The notes: generated by a model not told the origin, from the sequence alone. A stretch of DNA of 64,000 bases from Clostridia bacterium (GCA_018436095.1 JAHDMJ010000023.1:47-64046), one strand, 5' to 3'; shown: positions 51,844 to 61,891, counted from the first letter of the stretch. A program made the numbers and translations.

Positions 51844-53067
51844 CTAGGGCCGCCTCTGCAGCAGCACCAAAATAAAGGCTATAATACAGGTAGCAGCCGC
51901 CAGGATAAAGGAAGTGGTGTAGGAACCGCTTTTGACAAGATGATTTGAAATAATCGGAAACAATAAGGCGGAAATACCAAAGCCCACCATGACGCAACCG
52001 TAATTAAGCCCCATATGCTTCGTGCCGAAATTGTCCGCCGTGATGGCCGGATACACGCCGGCAGCGCCGCCAAAGCCGAAGGCAATGGCCGCAATGCAAA
52101 TGAGAAACAAAGAGCCCCGGGCCACAATCATGGTCAGAATCGCCAGCATGGTAATCAAAATAATCGCATACACCGCCTGCTTGCGGCCGATTAAATCGGA
52201 TACCCAAGAGGTAAGCAGACGGCCGGAGGCGCTGGCTATTCCCGTGATCATTACCCCTAAAACCGCTAATTCCTGGGACAAGCCCCTTTCCGCCCCCAGA
52301 GTCATAAAAAGAGGATTAAGAATGAAATAGGCCGGCAAAATGCAGAGCAAGGATAAGCTGATTAAGTAAAACTGGCGGGTTTTCAGCATCTCCCCGGTGG
52401 AATACTGCTTTTTGGTCACATTCATCTTGGAGGCCACAAAACCGGGAGGCGCGTAACCGGCGGGCGGATTATCGATATTCAGGGAACAGCCCACACAAAC
52501 AACCAGAAAGATAGCCCCGAAGGCCAGCAGGGTTTTGGGAACGCCGGCGCCGGCCAAAAGGGTGTTGGTAATGGGCGCAAAGATCACCAAAGAAAAGCCG
52601 AAAGCCGCCACCATAAAGCCCGTGGCAAAGCCCCGCTTATCGGGGAACCATTTTTGAACTACGGACACCGTGGCCGTATAAACGATACCGGTGCCTAAGC
52701 CGCCGATAATGCCGTAGGTGATATAAACAAGCCAGGGGGCAGCCTTGGTGACGAAAGCTGTCAGAATCATACCCAGGCTGATCAGAACGCTGCCAAAGAC
52801 CGTCACCGGTTTGGGACCGATTTTATCCTGGGCCTTGCCGCCCAAGATGATACCCAAAACGAATACGGCCAGCATAATCGATGAGGTATAGCCGGCCTTA
52901 GAGGCCTCCCATTCCAAATGCTGAGCTACAGGACCCCTAAACACGCTCCACATATAGATGATGCCGGCGCATAGCTGGATCAGCATGCCGGCGATCAATA
53001 GCCCGTAGCGGCTTTTTACTTGATTCTCCATTCTTTTCCTCGCTTCCTGTAAATACTTGTCCATCAT
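51844..53067 (-). CDS. OFA-family MFS transporter (oxalate/formate antiporter-like)
   Basis: GIIYMWSVF, QDKIGPK, KWFPDKRGFATG, FGTKHMGLNYG. Confidence 0.9.
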   Translation of the reverse strand: MMDKYLQEARKRMENQVKSRYGLLIAGMLIQLCAGIIYMWSVFRGPVAQHLEWEASKAGYTSSIMLAVFVLGIILGGKAQDKIGPKPVTVFGSVLISLGMILTAFVTKAAPWLVYITYGIIGGLGTGIVYTATVSVVQKWFPDKRGFATGFMVAAFGFSLVIFAPITNTLLAGAGVPKTLLAFGAIFLVVCVGCSLNIDNPPAGYAPPGFVASKMNVTKKQYSTGEMLKTRQFYLISLSLLCILPAYFILNPLFMTLGAERGLSQELAVLGVMITGIASASGRLLTSWVSDLIGRKQAVYAIILITMLAILTMIVARGSLFLICIAAIAFGFGGAAGVYPAITADNFGTKHMGLNYGCVMVGFGISALLFPIISNHLVKSGSYTTSFILAAATCIIAFILVLLQRRP

Positions 53068-53113
53068 TATACAGTAGAACGCTAAGCAAGGAAAGCAATT
53101 TTTTATCAGATTA

Positions 53114-54208
53114 TCAGATATTCCTTTCCTGCTTCTGCCTTCTCAGATAAAGCTCGCCGCAGCCCCAGATAAACAGCGGCAGAATCACCTGAAAGGGGAA
53201 AGCATAATAAGGATAGTATTTCAGGAAAGCAAACATCTCCATAGTATTTTTATATAAGATGCAGCAAAGGGCCATAGCAAACATCCCCAGGGGCAAAACG
53301 AGGATCCGGTAATCCTTCAGCCCGAAAAGGCTGGCTAACCCCTTACTGGCAACTAAAAGACAGACGGTAATTTTAACAATGCCGGCAAATAGAAAATTCG
53401 AGGAAATGGTGCTCTCGATTCTGGCTAAAAAATCACTGATTCCGATGATCCGGGCCGTTACATAAGAGGGGAAGTAGTTGGCCCGCATCATGGTAGGACC
53501 GAGCAAAGTCAAATTTCTAAAAAACACCAGAAGGAAAACAACTAATATGATGGCAAGAGCATATAAAAACAGCTTATACGGGCTGTCGTTCTTCTTAAAA
53601 GAGCCGGCCAGTCCTAAGAATATCACAGTTTCCGCATAGGGGAAGGAAAAGATTTGGAAGGTGCTTTCGGCAAACTGGGCCCCGGTATGTTCTCCGATGG
53701 GCAGCAGGTCGTCAACCTTGGCCTGGGGTATAGAGGTGACGAACGTAAACAGCACCACGAATACTACAAAGAAAAAGACGGCTATCGACCATTTGCCCAG
53801 GGTTCGCACACCGCTTCTGGCCATATAGATAGTGGTAAGAATCATCAATATCATAATCGGCAGCTGGGGTGTTTCCGGCATGGCGGATATCTGGGTAAAT
53901 TCCGAGAAATTCCGCAGCACCAAAGCGCAAAGATGTATGGCATACCACGTGAATAAAGCGATGCATATTTTACCGCAGATCTTTCCGAACAAGATATCTG
54001 TAATGTCAAATATGTCTTTTTCAGGAAACATGGTTATGATTCGTCCGTAAATCAAAAACATGGGTATGGCGGCCAAGGTAGCCAATAATATAGGTATCCA
54101 GGCCTCCTGGCCTACGCTGGTGCTGACCCCCATTACTACGCTGCTGCCAAAGTTGAACAGTACTATGCTGAACATTACCTGGTTAAAGGTAACTTTCCCC
54201 TTTTTCAT
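53114..54208 (-). CDS. gerKB: Spore germination receptor B subunit
   Basis: 10-TM GerAB-type protein, MPETP, RIE motifs. Confidence 0.85.
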   Translation of the reverse strand: MKKGKVTFNQVMFSIVLFNFGSSVVMGVSTSVGQEAWIPILLATLAAIPMFLIYGRIITMFPEKDIFDITDILFGKICGKICIALFTWYAIHLCALVLRNFSEFTQISAMPETPQLPIMILMILTTIYMARSGVRTLGKWSIAVFFFVVFVVLFTFVTSIPQAKVDDLLPIGEHTGAQFAESTFQIFSFPYAETVIFLGLAGSFKKNDSPYKLFLYALAIILVVFLLVFFRNLTLLGPTMMRANYFPSYVTARIIGISDFLARIESTISSNFLFAGIVKITVCLLVASKGLASLFGLKDYRILVLPLGMFAMALCCILYKNTMEMFAFLKYYPYYAFPFQVILPLFIWGCGELYLRRQKQERNI

Positions 54209-54211
54209 CGC

Positions 54212-54436
54212 CTATCCCCTCCCCTGTACGTTGAAAAGAGCATCAATAGCCTTTGTAATCAAGATGTTGGGCGAGGGAATTGAGATTTGCAAACTGTCGA
54301 GGATCAAGATGATGAAGCTGATAAGCATAATCACCGTATAAATCCTTTTTATCCCTTTCTCTGCCTGCTTTAAAGCCGTTTTGTAATCATAAATTATCAC
54401 CGTCAGGAATAAGAACAAGATTATGGCCGTCAGCAT
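54212..54436 (-). CDS. Small two-TM germination receptor D-type subunit
   Basis: 74 aa, two TM helices, IPSP motif, inside the ger operon. Confidence 0.7.
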   Translation of the reverse strand: MLTAIILFLFLTVIIYDYKTALKQAEKGIKRIYTVIMLISFIILILDSLQISIPSPNILITKAIDALFNVQGRG

Positions 54437-54449
54437 TTTGCCCTCCTGA

Positions 54450-55586
54450 TCATTTAATAAAGCCGGAATTAACGATATGCACCTTTGATGATACTTCTAT
54501 CTCAATGTTGGAGAACACTTCATCCCAATGGGGTTCTAACTCCTCCCACAGCTTTAAGTCCCTCTTATACACCATATCGCTGAAGTTGAAGATATCGGCT
54601 TGGTATTCCTGTTGGACTTTTGCCACCACAGCCTTAATCTTCTCCTCAATCATCACTTCTGCGGCTTCCTCGATTCGTTTGATGACCTCTTCATTGGTTA
54701 AGTCCAGCTCTTCATGATTTTCCGCAACGGACACATCAATACTGCTTTCAATTTTCACCTTTAACCGTTCTTGCTGATAACTGAAGGATTTTTTGGTGTC
54801 GCTCCGGAAGATTTCCAAAGAAATATCATCGGTTTCGCGGCCGAGCATATCCAGGGTCAGGATACCGCCTTCCAGCTTATCCTCCGCAAACAAAACATAC
54901 CGGGATTCTTCCGGCGTCAGAAAACCTGCCAGCTTGTCTCCTTTAAAAACAGCGCTGCCGTTGGCCTCGGTGACTTCCCGGTCGCCATTTTTTGTTTTGC
55001 GCAAGGCCGGCAGAATCGCCGCATTGCCCTTGGATTTAAGCATGTTGTATATATCGTAAAGCTGCATGTGGATGGTGCTGGCGGTAACGCTTTTATCCTT
55101 TGTAATAATTTCATGAATAATTGACGACATGATGCCGCTCATCTTTTCGTCTTTTTTCAAGATCACGGCGGCAGTATCTTCCTGGGACAAAGCCACGCAC
55201 ATGGTTTCCCGGCATTCGCCGTCCCGCAAAAACCATTCGATGGCGTCGAATATCCCCTCTTTCTCTGCAAATTGCTGGCTGATTACCAAAACATAACTGC
55301 TGCCGAAATACAGCCGGTTCAGCTCTTTCTTTTTGGCGTTTCTGGCTGCATCAAACAGGTTTTTGCCTTCAGAAGTAATAATCCTGCTGCCAATATTGCT
55401 TCGCTTTTCCGCCGTCAGCAGGTCGGCAACCTCATAGCTCATCTTATATTCGTTATTTTCCTTATCGAAATCCACGGCGATGCCTACCACGATATTCACT
55501 TGGTCCAGGCCCCGGTAATTCCAGCAGCCGCAGAGGCCCAAAGCCACCAGTATATACAGCAGACAAACCAGCAAGCGTTTAGCCAT
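54450..55586 (-). CDS. gerKC: Spore germination receptor C subunit (lipoprotein)
   Basis: LCGCWNYRGLDQ lipobox, GIAVD, GSAVFKGDKLAG, ADIFNF. Confidence 0.88.
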   Translation of the reverse strand: MAKRLLVCLLYILVALGLCGCWNYRGLDQVNIVVGIAVDFDKENNEYKMSYEVADLLTAEKRSNIGSRIITSEGKNLFDAARNAKKKELNRLYFGSSYVLVISQQFAEKEGIFDAIEWFLRDGECRETMCVALSQEDTAAVILKKDEKMSGIMSSIIHEIITKDKSVTASTIHMQLYDIYNMLKSKGNAAILPALRKTKNGDREVTEANGSAVFKGDKLAGFLTPEESRYVLFAEDKLEGGILTLDMLGRETDDISLEIFRSDTKKSFSYQQERLKVKIESSIDVSVAENHEELDLTNEEVIKRIEEAAEVMIEEKIKAVVAKVQQEYQADIFNFSDMVYKRDLKLWEELEPHWDEVFSNIEIEVSSKVHIVNSGFIK

Positions 55587-57132
55587 TATTGCCACCTCCC
55601 TGCTGCCTGACTTCGTTTTCACTCAGCTCTTCGGGGCGTTCAATCATATCAGGCCAGGGAGAGCGGATGAAAATATCCTTGTTTTTTTGGAAGCTGAAGC
55701 TGCCCTCCAAGGATAGGTGGTCTACGCCAAAAGATTTCAGGTTGTTGAGGTGAATGAACAGCAGGGAAAGGCCTATGGTCAGGCCAAAGAAGCCGAAGCT
55801 TGAAGCCAGCAGCAGCAATAGCAGCCGCCAGAAAATAATTGGCGCATTCAACTTCGGCACCAAAAGGCTGGTAATGCCTGTAGCCGCCACCATGATGATC
55901 ATCGGCGCCGCCACCAGGCTGGCCTCAACGGCGGCCTGGCCGATAACCAGAGCCCCCACAATGCTTAAAGCCTGGCCGATATTGGAGGGCATGCGGACAC
56001 CTGTTTCCCGTAAAATGTCAAAAACGATCAGCATGATTACAGCCTCCACAGCAGCAGGCAAAGGCACGTTTTGGCGTTCCAGGGCAATCCTCATCAATAG
56101 CTGCAAAGGCAATATCTCCTGATGGAAGGCCACTACGGCGATATACAGTCCCGGCACCGCCAGAGTCAAAAAGAAACCCATAATACGCAGCATTCTGGAA
56201 AAGGAAGAATAATAGAAGTTAAAGTAATAGTCCTCATTGACTTGAAAATTTTCAATAAAAAGATAAGGCACAGTCAGAGCTACGGGGGTGTTGTCCACCA
56301 AAACAGCAATGCGGCCTTCCAGAAGCTTAGCCAGCACAACATCAGGCCGTTCGGTGCTGCCTACGGTACGAAAAGGCGAATTAGGAAAGTCGTGGATCTG
56401 CTCGGTGATATAGTTGGAATCCAGTATCCCGTCAATATCGATTTTGTTTAGCCGCCGCAAAAGTTCCTCTAAAACGTCCTTGTTCACCAAGCTGTCGAGA
56501 TAGCAAATACAAACCGTAGTTTGGGTGCGTTTGCCCAAAGTCATGGTTTTCGTTTTTAATTCATTTGTACGGGCTCGCCGCAGGATTTGGGAAAGGTTCT
56601 GAATCAGGGATTCCGTAAAGCCGTCCCGGGGGCCGCTGAGAACTTTTTCATTATCCGGCTCCGCTATGGAGCGAACGGCAAACTGCTTCGTATTTAAAAC
56701 GGCGGCCTGATCACAGCCCTCTACGAAAAGCACGGTATCGCCGTGGGTCACACTTTCAATCAGGGCTTTAAAGGTGTTGATTTTTTTTGATTCCCCCACC
56801 TGTACTACAGTGGCCAGCAGGCTTTCCAGCAGCGGTTCGCCCCCCTCCGGCCTTTTGGTCATCAGGGGCTCCACAATATTGTTGTTGACAATTTCCGAAT
56901 GGACTACGCCGTCAATAAAGATCAGGAAATAACGGATAGGGTCTTTCCCCGGACTTTGAATCATCTTATATTGGACAATATCCACGTTGTTAAACAGCTT
57001 TTTAATCACTGCAACATTTTCGTCCAATGACCGGCTGAATTTATGCTCTTCAAGAGGATAGTTCAAGCGGGCAATTTTTTCATCAAGATCCGTAGCTTTT
57101 CCGGCGCACAATTTTTTCAAAAACCGCAGCAT
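55579..57132 (-). CDS. gerKA: Spore germination receptor A subunit
   Basis: GPRDGFTE, TERPD, LEGRIA, RMPSNIGQALSIVGALVIGQAAV. Confidence 0.92.
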   Translation of the reverse strand: MLRFLKKLCAGKATDLDEKIARLNYPLEEHKFSRSLDENVAVIKKLFNNVDIVQYKMIQSPGKDPIRYFLIFIDGVVHSEIVNNNIVEPLMTKRPEGGEPLLESLLATVVQVGESKKINTFKALIESVTHGDTVLFVEGCDQAAVLNTKQFAVRSIAEPDNEKVLSGPRDGFTESLIQNLSQILRRARTNELKTKTMTLGKRTQTTVCICYLDSLVNKDVLEELLRRLNKIDIDGILDSNYITEQIHDFPNSPFRTVGSTERPDVVLAKLLEGRIAVLVDNTPVALTVPYLFIENFQVNEDYYFNFYYSSFSRMLRIMGFFLTLAVPGLYIAVVAFHQEILPLQLLMRIALERQNVPLPAAVEAVIMLIVFDILRETGVRMPSNIGQALSIVGALVIGQAAVEASLVAAPMIIMVAATGITSLLVPKLNAPIIFWRLLLLLLASSFGFFGLTIGLSLLFIHLNNLKSFGVDHLSLEGSFSFQKNKDIFIRSPWPDMIERPEELSENEVRQQGGGNNG

Positions 57133-57162
57133 AGCTTCTCCTTTGATGAGCAGTATTCTTTT

Positions 57163-57191
57163 TAGTATAAAAAAAGCAGGGATTTTTATGC
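57163..57191 (-). promoter_or_regulatory. Putative sigma-G promoter overlapping the pil-cluster terminator
   Basis: GCATA-17 bp-TATACTA on the minus strand, overlapping the AGCAGGGAT...ATCCCTGCT-T7 hairpin. Confidence 0.55.
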
Positions 57192-57297
57192 ATCCCTGCT
57201 AATGTAAACACCATTTCCGCTGAATCAACATGGTCATTGAACAAGCAATTCAAGAAAGGATTGATCGTATGAGCCGAACTGAGCTTGTGATTGTGTC

Positions 57298-57849
57298 TTA
57301 AAGCTTCTCGTAAAGAAGCAGTGTCAGCCGTACCGAAACAGGCTGGGCGGCAATATCCCCCTGAGGTGAGGCGGCAGCTGGCTGAACAGTGATGTTTTGC
57401 AGCTCGCAGCGGTAAGGAAAGTCATATAAGGCGCTTAGAATTTCCTTGGCCTGGGCGTAGCTTTCTGCGGCAAAAGTCAGCTCAACGCTCCGTTGGGCCA
57501 GATGTTCATCTAAACGCGGCTGAACAAAGGTTAGCCCATAGTCCCGGGCATTAAGTAAAATGCTGTCAAACTCCAGCATAACCAGATTGATATTATCGTA
57601 TTCCGGCACGGCTACAGGACGAAAATCCGGTGAAAGCTCCGCTTCCTTCAGGGCCTTTTCCATCTGCCGCAACCGGATCAACTGGGACTGTCCAAGGGCC
57701 AGTTCCTCTTCGGCAATGACCAGCCGCTGCTGGGCTGCCGCAAGCCGGCGCCCTACAGGCAGGTAAAAAAACTGCATATAGGATACGGCAACCAGCAGGA
57801 ATATCAATAGAATAAGCAGTACTCTTTCGCGTTTTGATAGCTTTCTCAT
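57298..57849 (-). CDS. pilO: Type IV pilus PilO-like protein
   Basis: LSKRERVLL N-terminal TM, coiled coil, SYAQAKEIL; follows pilM/pilN. Confidence 0.65.
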   Translation of the reverse strand: MRKLSKRERVLLILLIFLLVAVSYMQFFYLPVGRRLAAAQQRLVIAEEELALGQSQLIRLRQMEKALKEAELSPDFRPVAVPEYDNINLVMLEFDSILLNARDYGLTFVQPRLDEHLAQRSVELTFAAESYAQAKEILSALYDFPYRCELQNITVQPAAASPQGDIAAQPVSVRLTLLLYEKL

Positions 57850-58472
57850 GATTTCTGATCCTCCCCGGCTGCCGTCGTCGGAGCTTGGTCTGCGTCGCCT
57901 CCGGCTATTTGGCCTTCCCGGCTGCCGGGAACCGCCAAAGTAATGGTCATGGCGGCAGTAGCCCGCTTATCGGCCTTTTGCCCGGCGGCGGCATTATATA
58001 TCTGTACAGCGTCCACCAGCTCCCTGGCCATCAGCCGCTGGTAAATGCCAGACATCTCATTTAATGTTACCCCGGCCAGCCGCACCGTAATCTGCTGCTC
58101 ACTTATGGTAAAAGAATGGACCTGAGCCCAAGGCAAAAGCTCCTCTTCAATGAGCTTAAAGCAGTCCATAACATTCACCTTGCCGGATAAAGCGGGCTGG
58201 GTTTGCTGCTCAATTTCATAAGTCTCCCGAAGCGGGGCCAAATCCTTTAACGCTTCACGGGTTTTCTGCAGCAAAGCCTCCTGCTGCAGAGCCTGAGCCT
58301 CTGTTTTCTGGGTCAGCCGCCAGGGATCGGCAATGTTCAGCTTTACCAGCACCAGCAGCATCAGCAGAGCCGCCGGCACAAACAGGGTATTGCGGCTGAA
58401 TCGATAGGATTTTTTTGCCCGTTGAGCTAAATTGATGGCGGTCTTAGCAGTGATATCTTTTGCTTCTGCCAT
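57846..58472 (-). CDS. pilN: Type IV pilus PilN-like protein
   Basis: INL motif, TM, coiled coil; directly after pilM. Confidence 0.65.
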   Translation of the reverse strand: MAEAKDITAKTAINLAQRAKKSYRFSRNTLFVPAALLMLLVLVKLNIADPWRLTQKTEAQALQQEALLQKTREALKDLAPLRETYEIEQQTQPALSGKVNVMDCFKLIEEELLPWAQVHSFTISEQQITVRLAGVTLNEMSGIYQRLMARELVDAVQIYNAAAGQKADKRATAAMTITLAVPGSREGQIAGGDADQAPTTAAGEDQKS

Positions 58473-58479
58473 TTTCCTT

Positions 58480-59430
58480 CTACCTCCCCATTAATTCCAG
58501 AGCCGCACCCACAGCCGTACCGTAGCGCCTCTCCCGGCCGATAGCCGGCATTAAATCATCCAGCGTATGAATGTGCAGAGGGATATTATTCCGGATGATT
58601 TCCGCCAATACCGGGTTGGCCGTGACGCCCGCCGTCAGATAGACATCCTGCAGGTCGGAGTCCGGCGTATTAAAGCCATAAAAATTGATGGAACGCAAAC
58701 TTTCAATGGCAATGGTGCTGCAGAGCTCCCGCAAGGGTTCCTCCTCAGGCCCTCCGTCAGCCTTCCGGGGCACTTCCGCCAGCTGCCGGCCCCCCAGTTC
58801 AATAACCTGGGTAGTCTCATATACGCTGCTGCGATACATATGCACCCGGGTGGCGCTGTCGCCCAGGTCGATGATGCAGTATTCTGCCGGCTGGCTCTGG
58901 GGATTATCCTTTTCGTAGAAGCGAATCAAATTGCGGTAGGTCAGGTATTCCGGCACCGCCACAGCAAGCTTCAACCCTGCTTTAGCCAGGGCGGTACGGC
59001 ACTGGGCAATGGTCTCCCTGGCTGCCACGGCAGCCAAGAACTGCATTTGTACCGGCTTGCCCTCCTGATCGTTGATTTGCCTCACAAAAGCATAGTCGAA
59101 GAAGTAGTTATCCTGGTTACCCTTGATATAGTCCTGAAACTCATAGGGCAGATTAAGCTGCAACTGCTTTTCCGTCATCCAGGGCAGGGTGATGGAGCGC
59201 ACAAAGGCAGTCTGCAGAGGCAAAACCAGGGCGCAGTGGCGCTGGGTAATCCGCTCCCGTTTAAGCAGAGCCCGCAGCTCTTTAGCCAGGGCATCAGGCA
59301 GGATTTCCTTCGCCTGCTGCTGGGCAGCAGGGATATCCAGGGCAGCCAGCCGTTCTACCGCCCCATCCTTCACCAGAGCCAGACGGATCGCAGCGGAACC
59401 GATATCTATGCCGAGATAAGTGTGTGCCAT
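58480..59430 (-). CDS. pilM: Type IV pilus assembly protein PilM
   Basis: LGIDIGSAAIR, LPWMTEKQL..NLPYEF, IIDLGDSAT actin-like motifs. Confidence 0.85.
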   Translation of the reverse strand: MAHTYLGIDIGSAAIRLALVKDGAVERLAALDIPAAQQQAKEILPDALAKELRALLKRERITQRHCALVLPLQTAFVRSITLPWMTEKQLQLNLPYEFQDYIKGNQDNYFFDYAFVRQINDQEGKPVQMQFLAAVAARETIAQCRTALAKAGLKLAVAVPEYLTYRNLIRFYEKDNPQSQPAEYCIIDLGDSATRVHMYRSSVYETTQVIELGGRQLAEVPRKADGGPEEEPLRELCSTIAIESLRSINFYGFNTPDSDLQDVYLTAGVTANPVLAEIIRNNIPLHIHTLDDLMPAIGRERRYGTAVGAALELMGR

Positions 59431-59482
59431 ATTTCCTCCACTTTTATAAACGATTACGCAAATATTTCCGGCTAGGCATGAC

Positions 59483-59529
59483 CCAAGCAAGCTCCCGGCT
59501 TGGGCCAAGCAAGCTCCCGGCTTGGGCCA
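59483..59529. repeat. Tandem repeat of a small hairpin unit (~22 bp)
   Basis: CCAAGCAAGCTCCCGGCTTGGG x2. Confidence 0.8.
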
Positions 59530-59618
59530 TGCCCGGCGACGGCACATCGACCGGTCAAGCCGTATGCGGCGGCCCTTGAAAAGCCTTTAGGCCTATGCGG
59601 CCTGCCCAGCCGGCATTT

Positions 59619-60461
59619 TGCTCAAAATTGCAGGTTTGCAGAAGGAATGAAAAATTTGCCTTAGTCTCAGCCGGGTGTACAAAATTTGAAGTATTATGTG
59701 GTTTGCTTTGTTGAAATAGGTATTTCAATCCTACTCATACACTAAATGCAGGTAAAGGACGGTGCGCAGGGCGGCAAAAATTGAAATTCCGAGCAGTTAG
59801 CTGAGGCAAATACACATAATACCTGGTTTTTTGTACAACGGCTGGATGGGAAGCGACTTTTTCAGTGCCCTCGGTTTGTTGAAGGTACTGCAAAAGCCGG
59901 ACAAGCTGACCTTCGTGGGGCTGAAATCGGATTCACTGTTGCCAACTGCACAAAAATCGAAGTTGTGTGACGGCAAGCAGGGGGTTTTCCCTGTTTTCGG
60001 TTCCAGATGCACAAAAATTGAGGTTGTGTGACGATTATAGGGCAGTTCTTAGTAATCTGAGCCCATTTGAAGGACATGGTGCAGCACAACTTCGCTTCTT
60101 GTGCAGTTAGCCTCTGCTTTTAGCCTAAATTTGATGTCCGCTGCAACACAACTTCGATTTTTGAGCACCCCGCCCGATTTGCCGGTCAAGTTTTCTCAGT
60201 GCTCTTGGTTTGTTGAAGGCACTGAAAAACCGGGCAAGCTAACCTTCGTGGAGCTAAAATGTACAAAATTTGAGGTTTTATGTTTATTTGCCATGGCTAG
60301 CTGTACAAAATCTTCAGTTTTATGTTGGTAAGCACTGTTTTCTCTGTATTTAGTGTCAACGATAATTTGAATCCACTATCTTAAAGGAGGCACCCACCCA
60401 AAACCTCAAATTTTGTACAGGCGGCTGGATGGGAAGCGACTTTTTCAGTGTCCTCGGTTTG
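59619..60461. repeat. Composite array of repeat modules D, E, F separated by a conserved linker
   Basis: + motifs start at 59619, 59676, 59947, 60008, 60260, 60302; inverted motifs end at 59795, 59837, 60105, 60167, 60419; linker starts (CAGTG) at 59863, 60197, 60446. Confidence 0.85.
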
Positions 60462-60556
60462 TGAGCCCTACCGATAGCATTTTTGCATATTAAGAATCAG
60501 CGCCCTGCAGCGGCCCTGCAGCGGCACTATACCGGGACCCGCCTTTTTGCGGATGT

Positions 60557-61369
60557 TTACGAAAACAGGCTGAGCCAGGCGCTCACTGCCGGGGAAGCGG
60601 CAAACAGCGACAGATATACAGCCGCCGCAATAGCCGGCCCAAAGGGAAAGGCTGCGGGATTGGCAGGGTTGCCGGCTGTCTTGCCACTAAGGAGACCAAA
60701 CAAAATCCCCAGGATACAGGATAAAATCAGCAGAAACAGGCTTTCCGCCGGCCTAAAGAACCAACCCGCCGCAAAAAACAGCTTGATATCGCCGCCGCCC
60801 AAGCTTTCCCGGCCCAGCAGCCGGTCCATAAGCAGAGACAGGGCCAAAAGCGGCAGCGAGGCAGTCAGAGCTCCTAAGAAGCCGCTGAGAGCGGCGGCGG
60901 CCAGGTCACCGCCGGAGGTAAAGGGTAGAAAGATCAGCCATATAATGAAAATTGCCAGGTTCAGGCCGTCGGGTATGATTGAAGTATCGAAATCCACCAA
61001 GGCCAGAACCAGCAATATTGTAGTCAAAATCAGGTATTGCAGGGTTTGGATTGTGAGATCAAAATAAAGCACCAGAGCCGCAAAAAGTCCGGCGCAAAGC
61101 ACTTCGGTCAAGAGGCAGCGCAGCGGAATAACGGCGCCGCAACGGCGGCAGCGGCCCCGCTGCCAAAGCCAGGACAGTATAGGAATCAGCTCAAGAGCGC
61201 TCAAGGTCTCACCGCAGACATCGCAGCGGCTGCGGCCCTTGAGAAAGGAAGTACCCTCAGCCAGGCGCTGGGCCAGACAAGCGGCAAAGCTGCCTGCTGA
61301 GGCCCCCAGCAGCAAAGTCAGAGCCAGGGTATAGATGGTGAGAAACGGACTTAAATAGAGGGAAAGCAA
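60557..61369 (-). CDS. pilD: Prepilin peptidase
   Basis: RSRCDVC, LIPILSW..RGRCRRC, VD..IIPD, LGGGDIKL, FPFGPAI. Confidence 0.93.
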   Translation of the reverse strand: MLSLYLSPFLTIYTLALTLLLGASAGSFAACLAQRLAEGTSFLKGRSRCDVCGETLSALELIPILSWLWQRGRCRRCGAVIPLRCLLTEVLCAGLFAALVLYFDLTIQTLQYLILTTILLVLALVDFDTSIIPDGLNLAIFIIWLIFLPFTSGGDLAAAALSGFLGALTASLPLLALSLLMDRLLGRESLGGGDIKLFFAAGWFFRPAESLFLLILSCILGILFGLLSGKTAGNPANPAAFPFGPAIAAAVYLSLFAASPAVSAWLSLFS

Positions 61370-61483
61370 AGGGCTCCTCCTGATGAAAGAAATCGGGGAA
61401 TCCGGGTAGGCTGCCCGCAGCCGCTGAGGGATGCGGGCAGGGCCCGGGTTGGGGTTGAGTTGAAATTAGTAAAAATGCTTGTG

Positions 61484-61891
61484 TTACGGAGCAGTAATAC
61501 CAAGAAGCGGGCTATCCCAGGTCGTGCTGGTAACTGCCCCACCTGTCACAGTTACTCTAAGGGGCTCCTCATCTACTTTGTCTGATTGGCCGACCATGCC
61601 GCCAGTGTCACCAACTGCAGCCTTCATATTTTCCTTGTTATCAACGGTAATAACGTAAGTTTTTTCATCTGTTTCATTGTTTAACAGATATTCAGTTACG
61701 GCTTGGGATTTAGCTGCCCGCAGATTTGCCTTGTCTACGGCTTCGCGGGCACTTTCCATCTGTGAGGTGAAAATTGGAATGGCAATGGCAACCAATACGG
61801 CAATAATGGCGATGACGATCAGCATTTCAGGCAGCGTGAAGCCTTTTCTTGAGGTTCCCTTGTGACGGATTCTTTGAATCATGTTGTTCAT
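61484..61891 (-). CDS. pilA: Type IV major pilin
   Basis: Class III signal RKG|FTLPEMLIVIAIIAVLVAIAIP; strong SD AAGGAGG. Confidence 0.92.
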   Translation of the reverse strand: MNNMIQRIRHKGTSRKGFTLPEMLIVIAIIAVLVAIAIPIFTSQMESAREAVDKANLRAAKSQAVTEYLLNNETDEKTYVITVDNKENMKAAVGDTGGMVGQSDKVDEEPLRVTVTGGAVTSTTWDSPLLGITAP

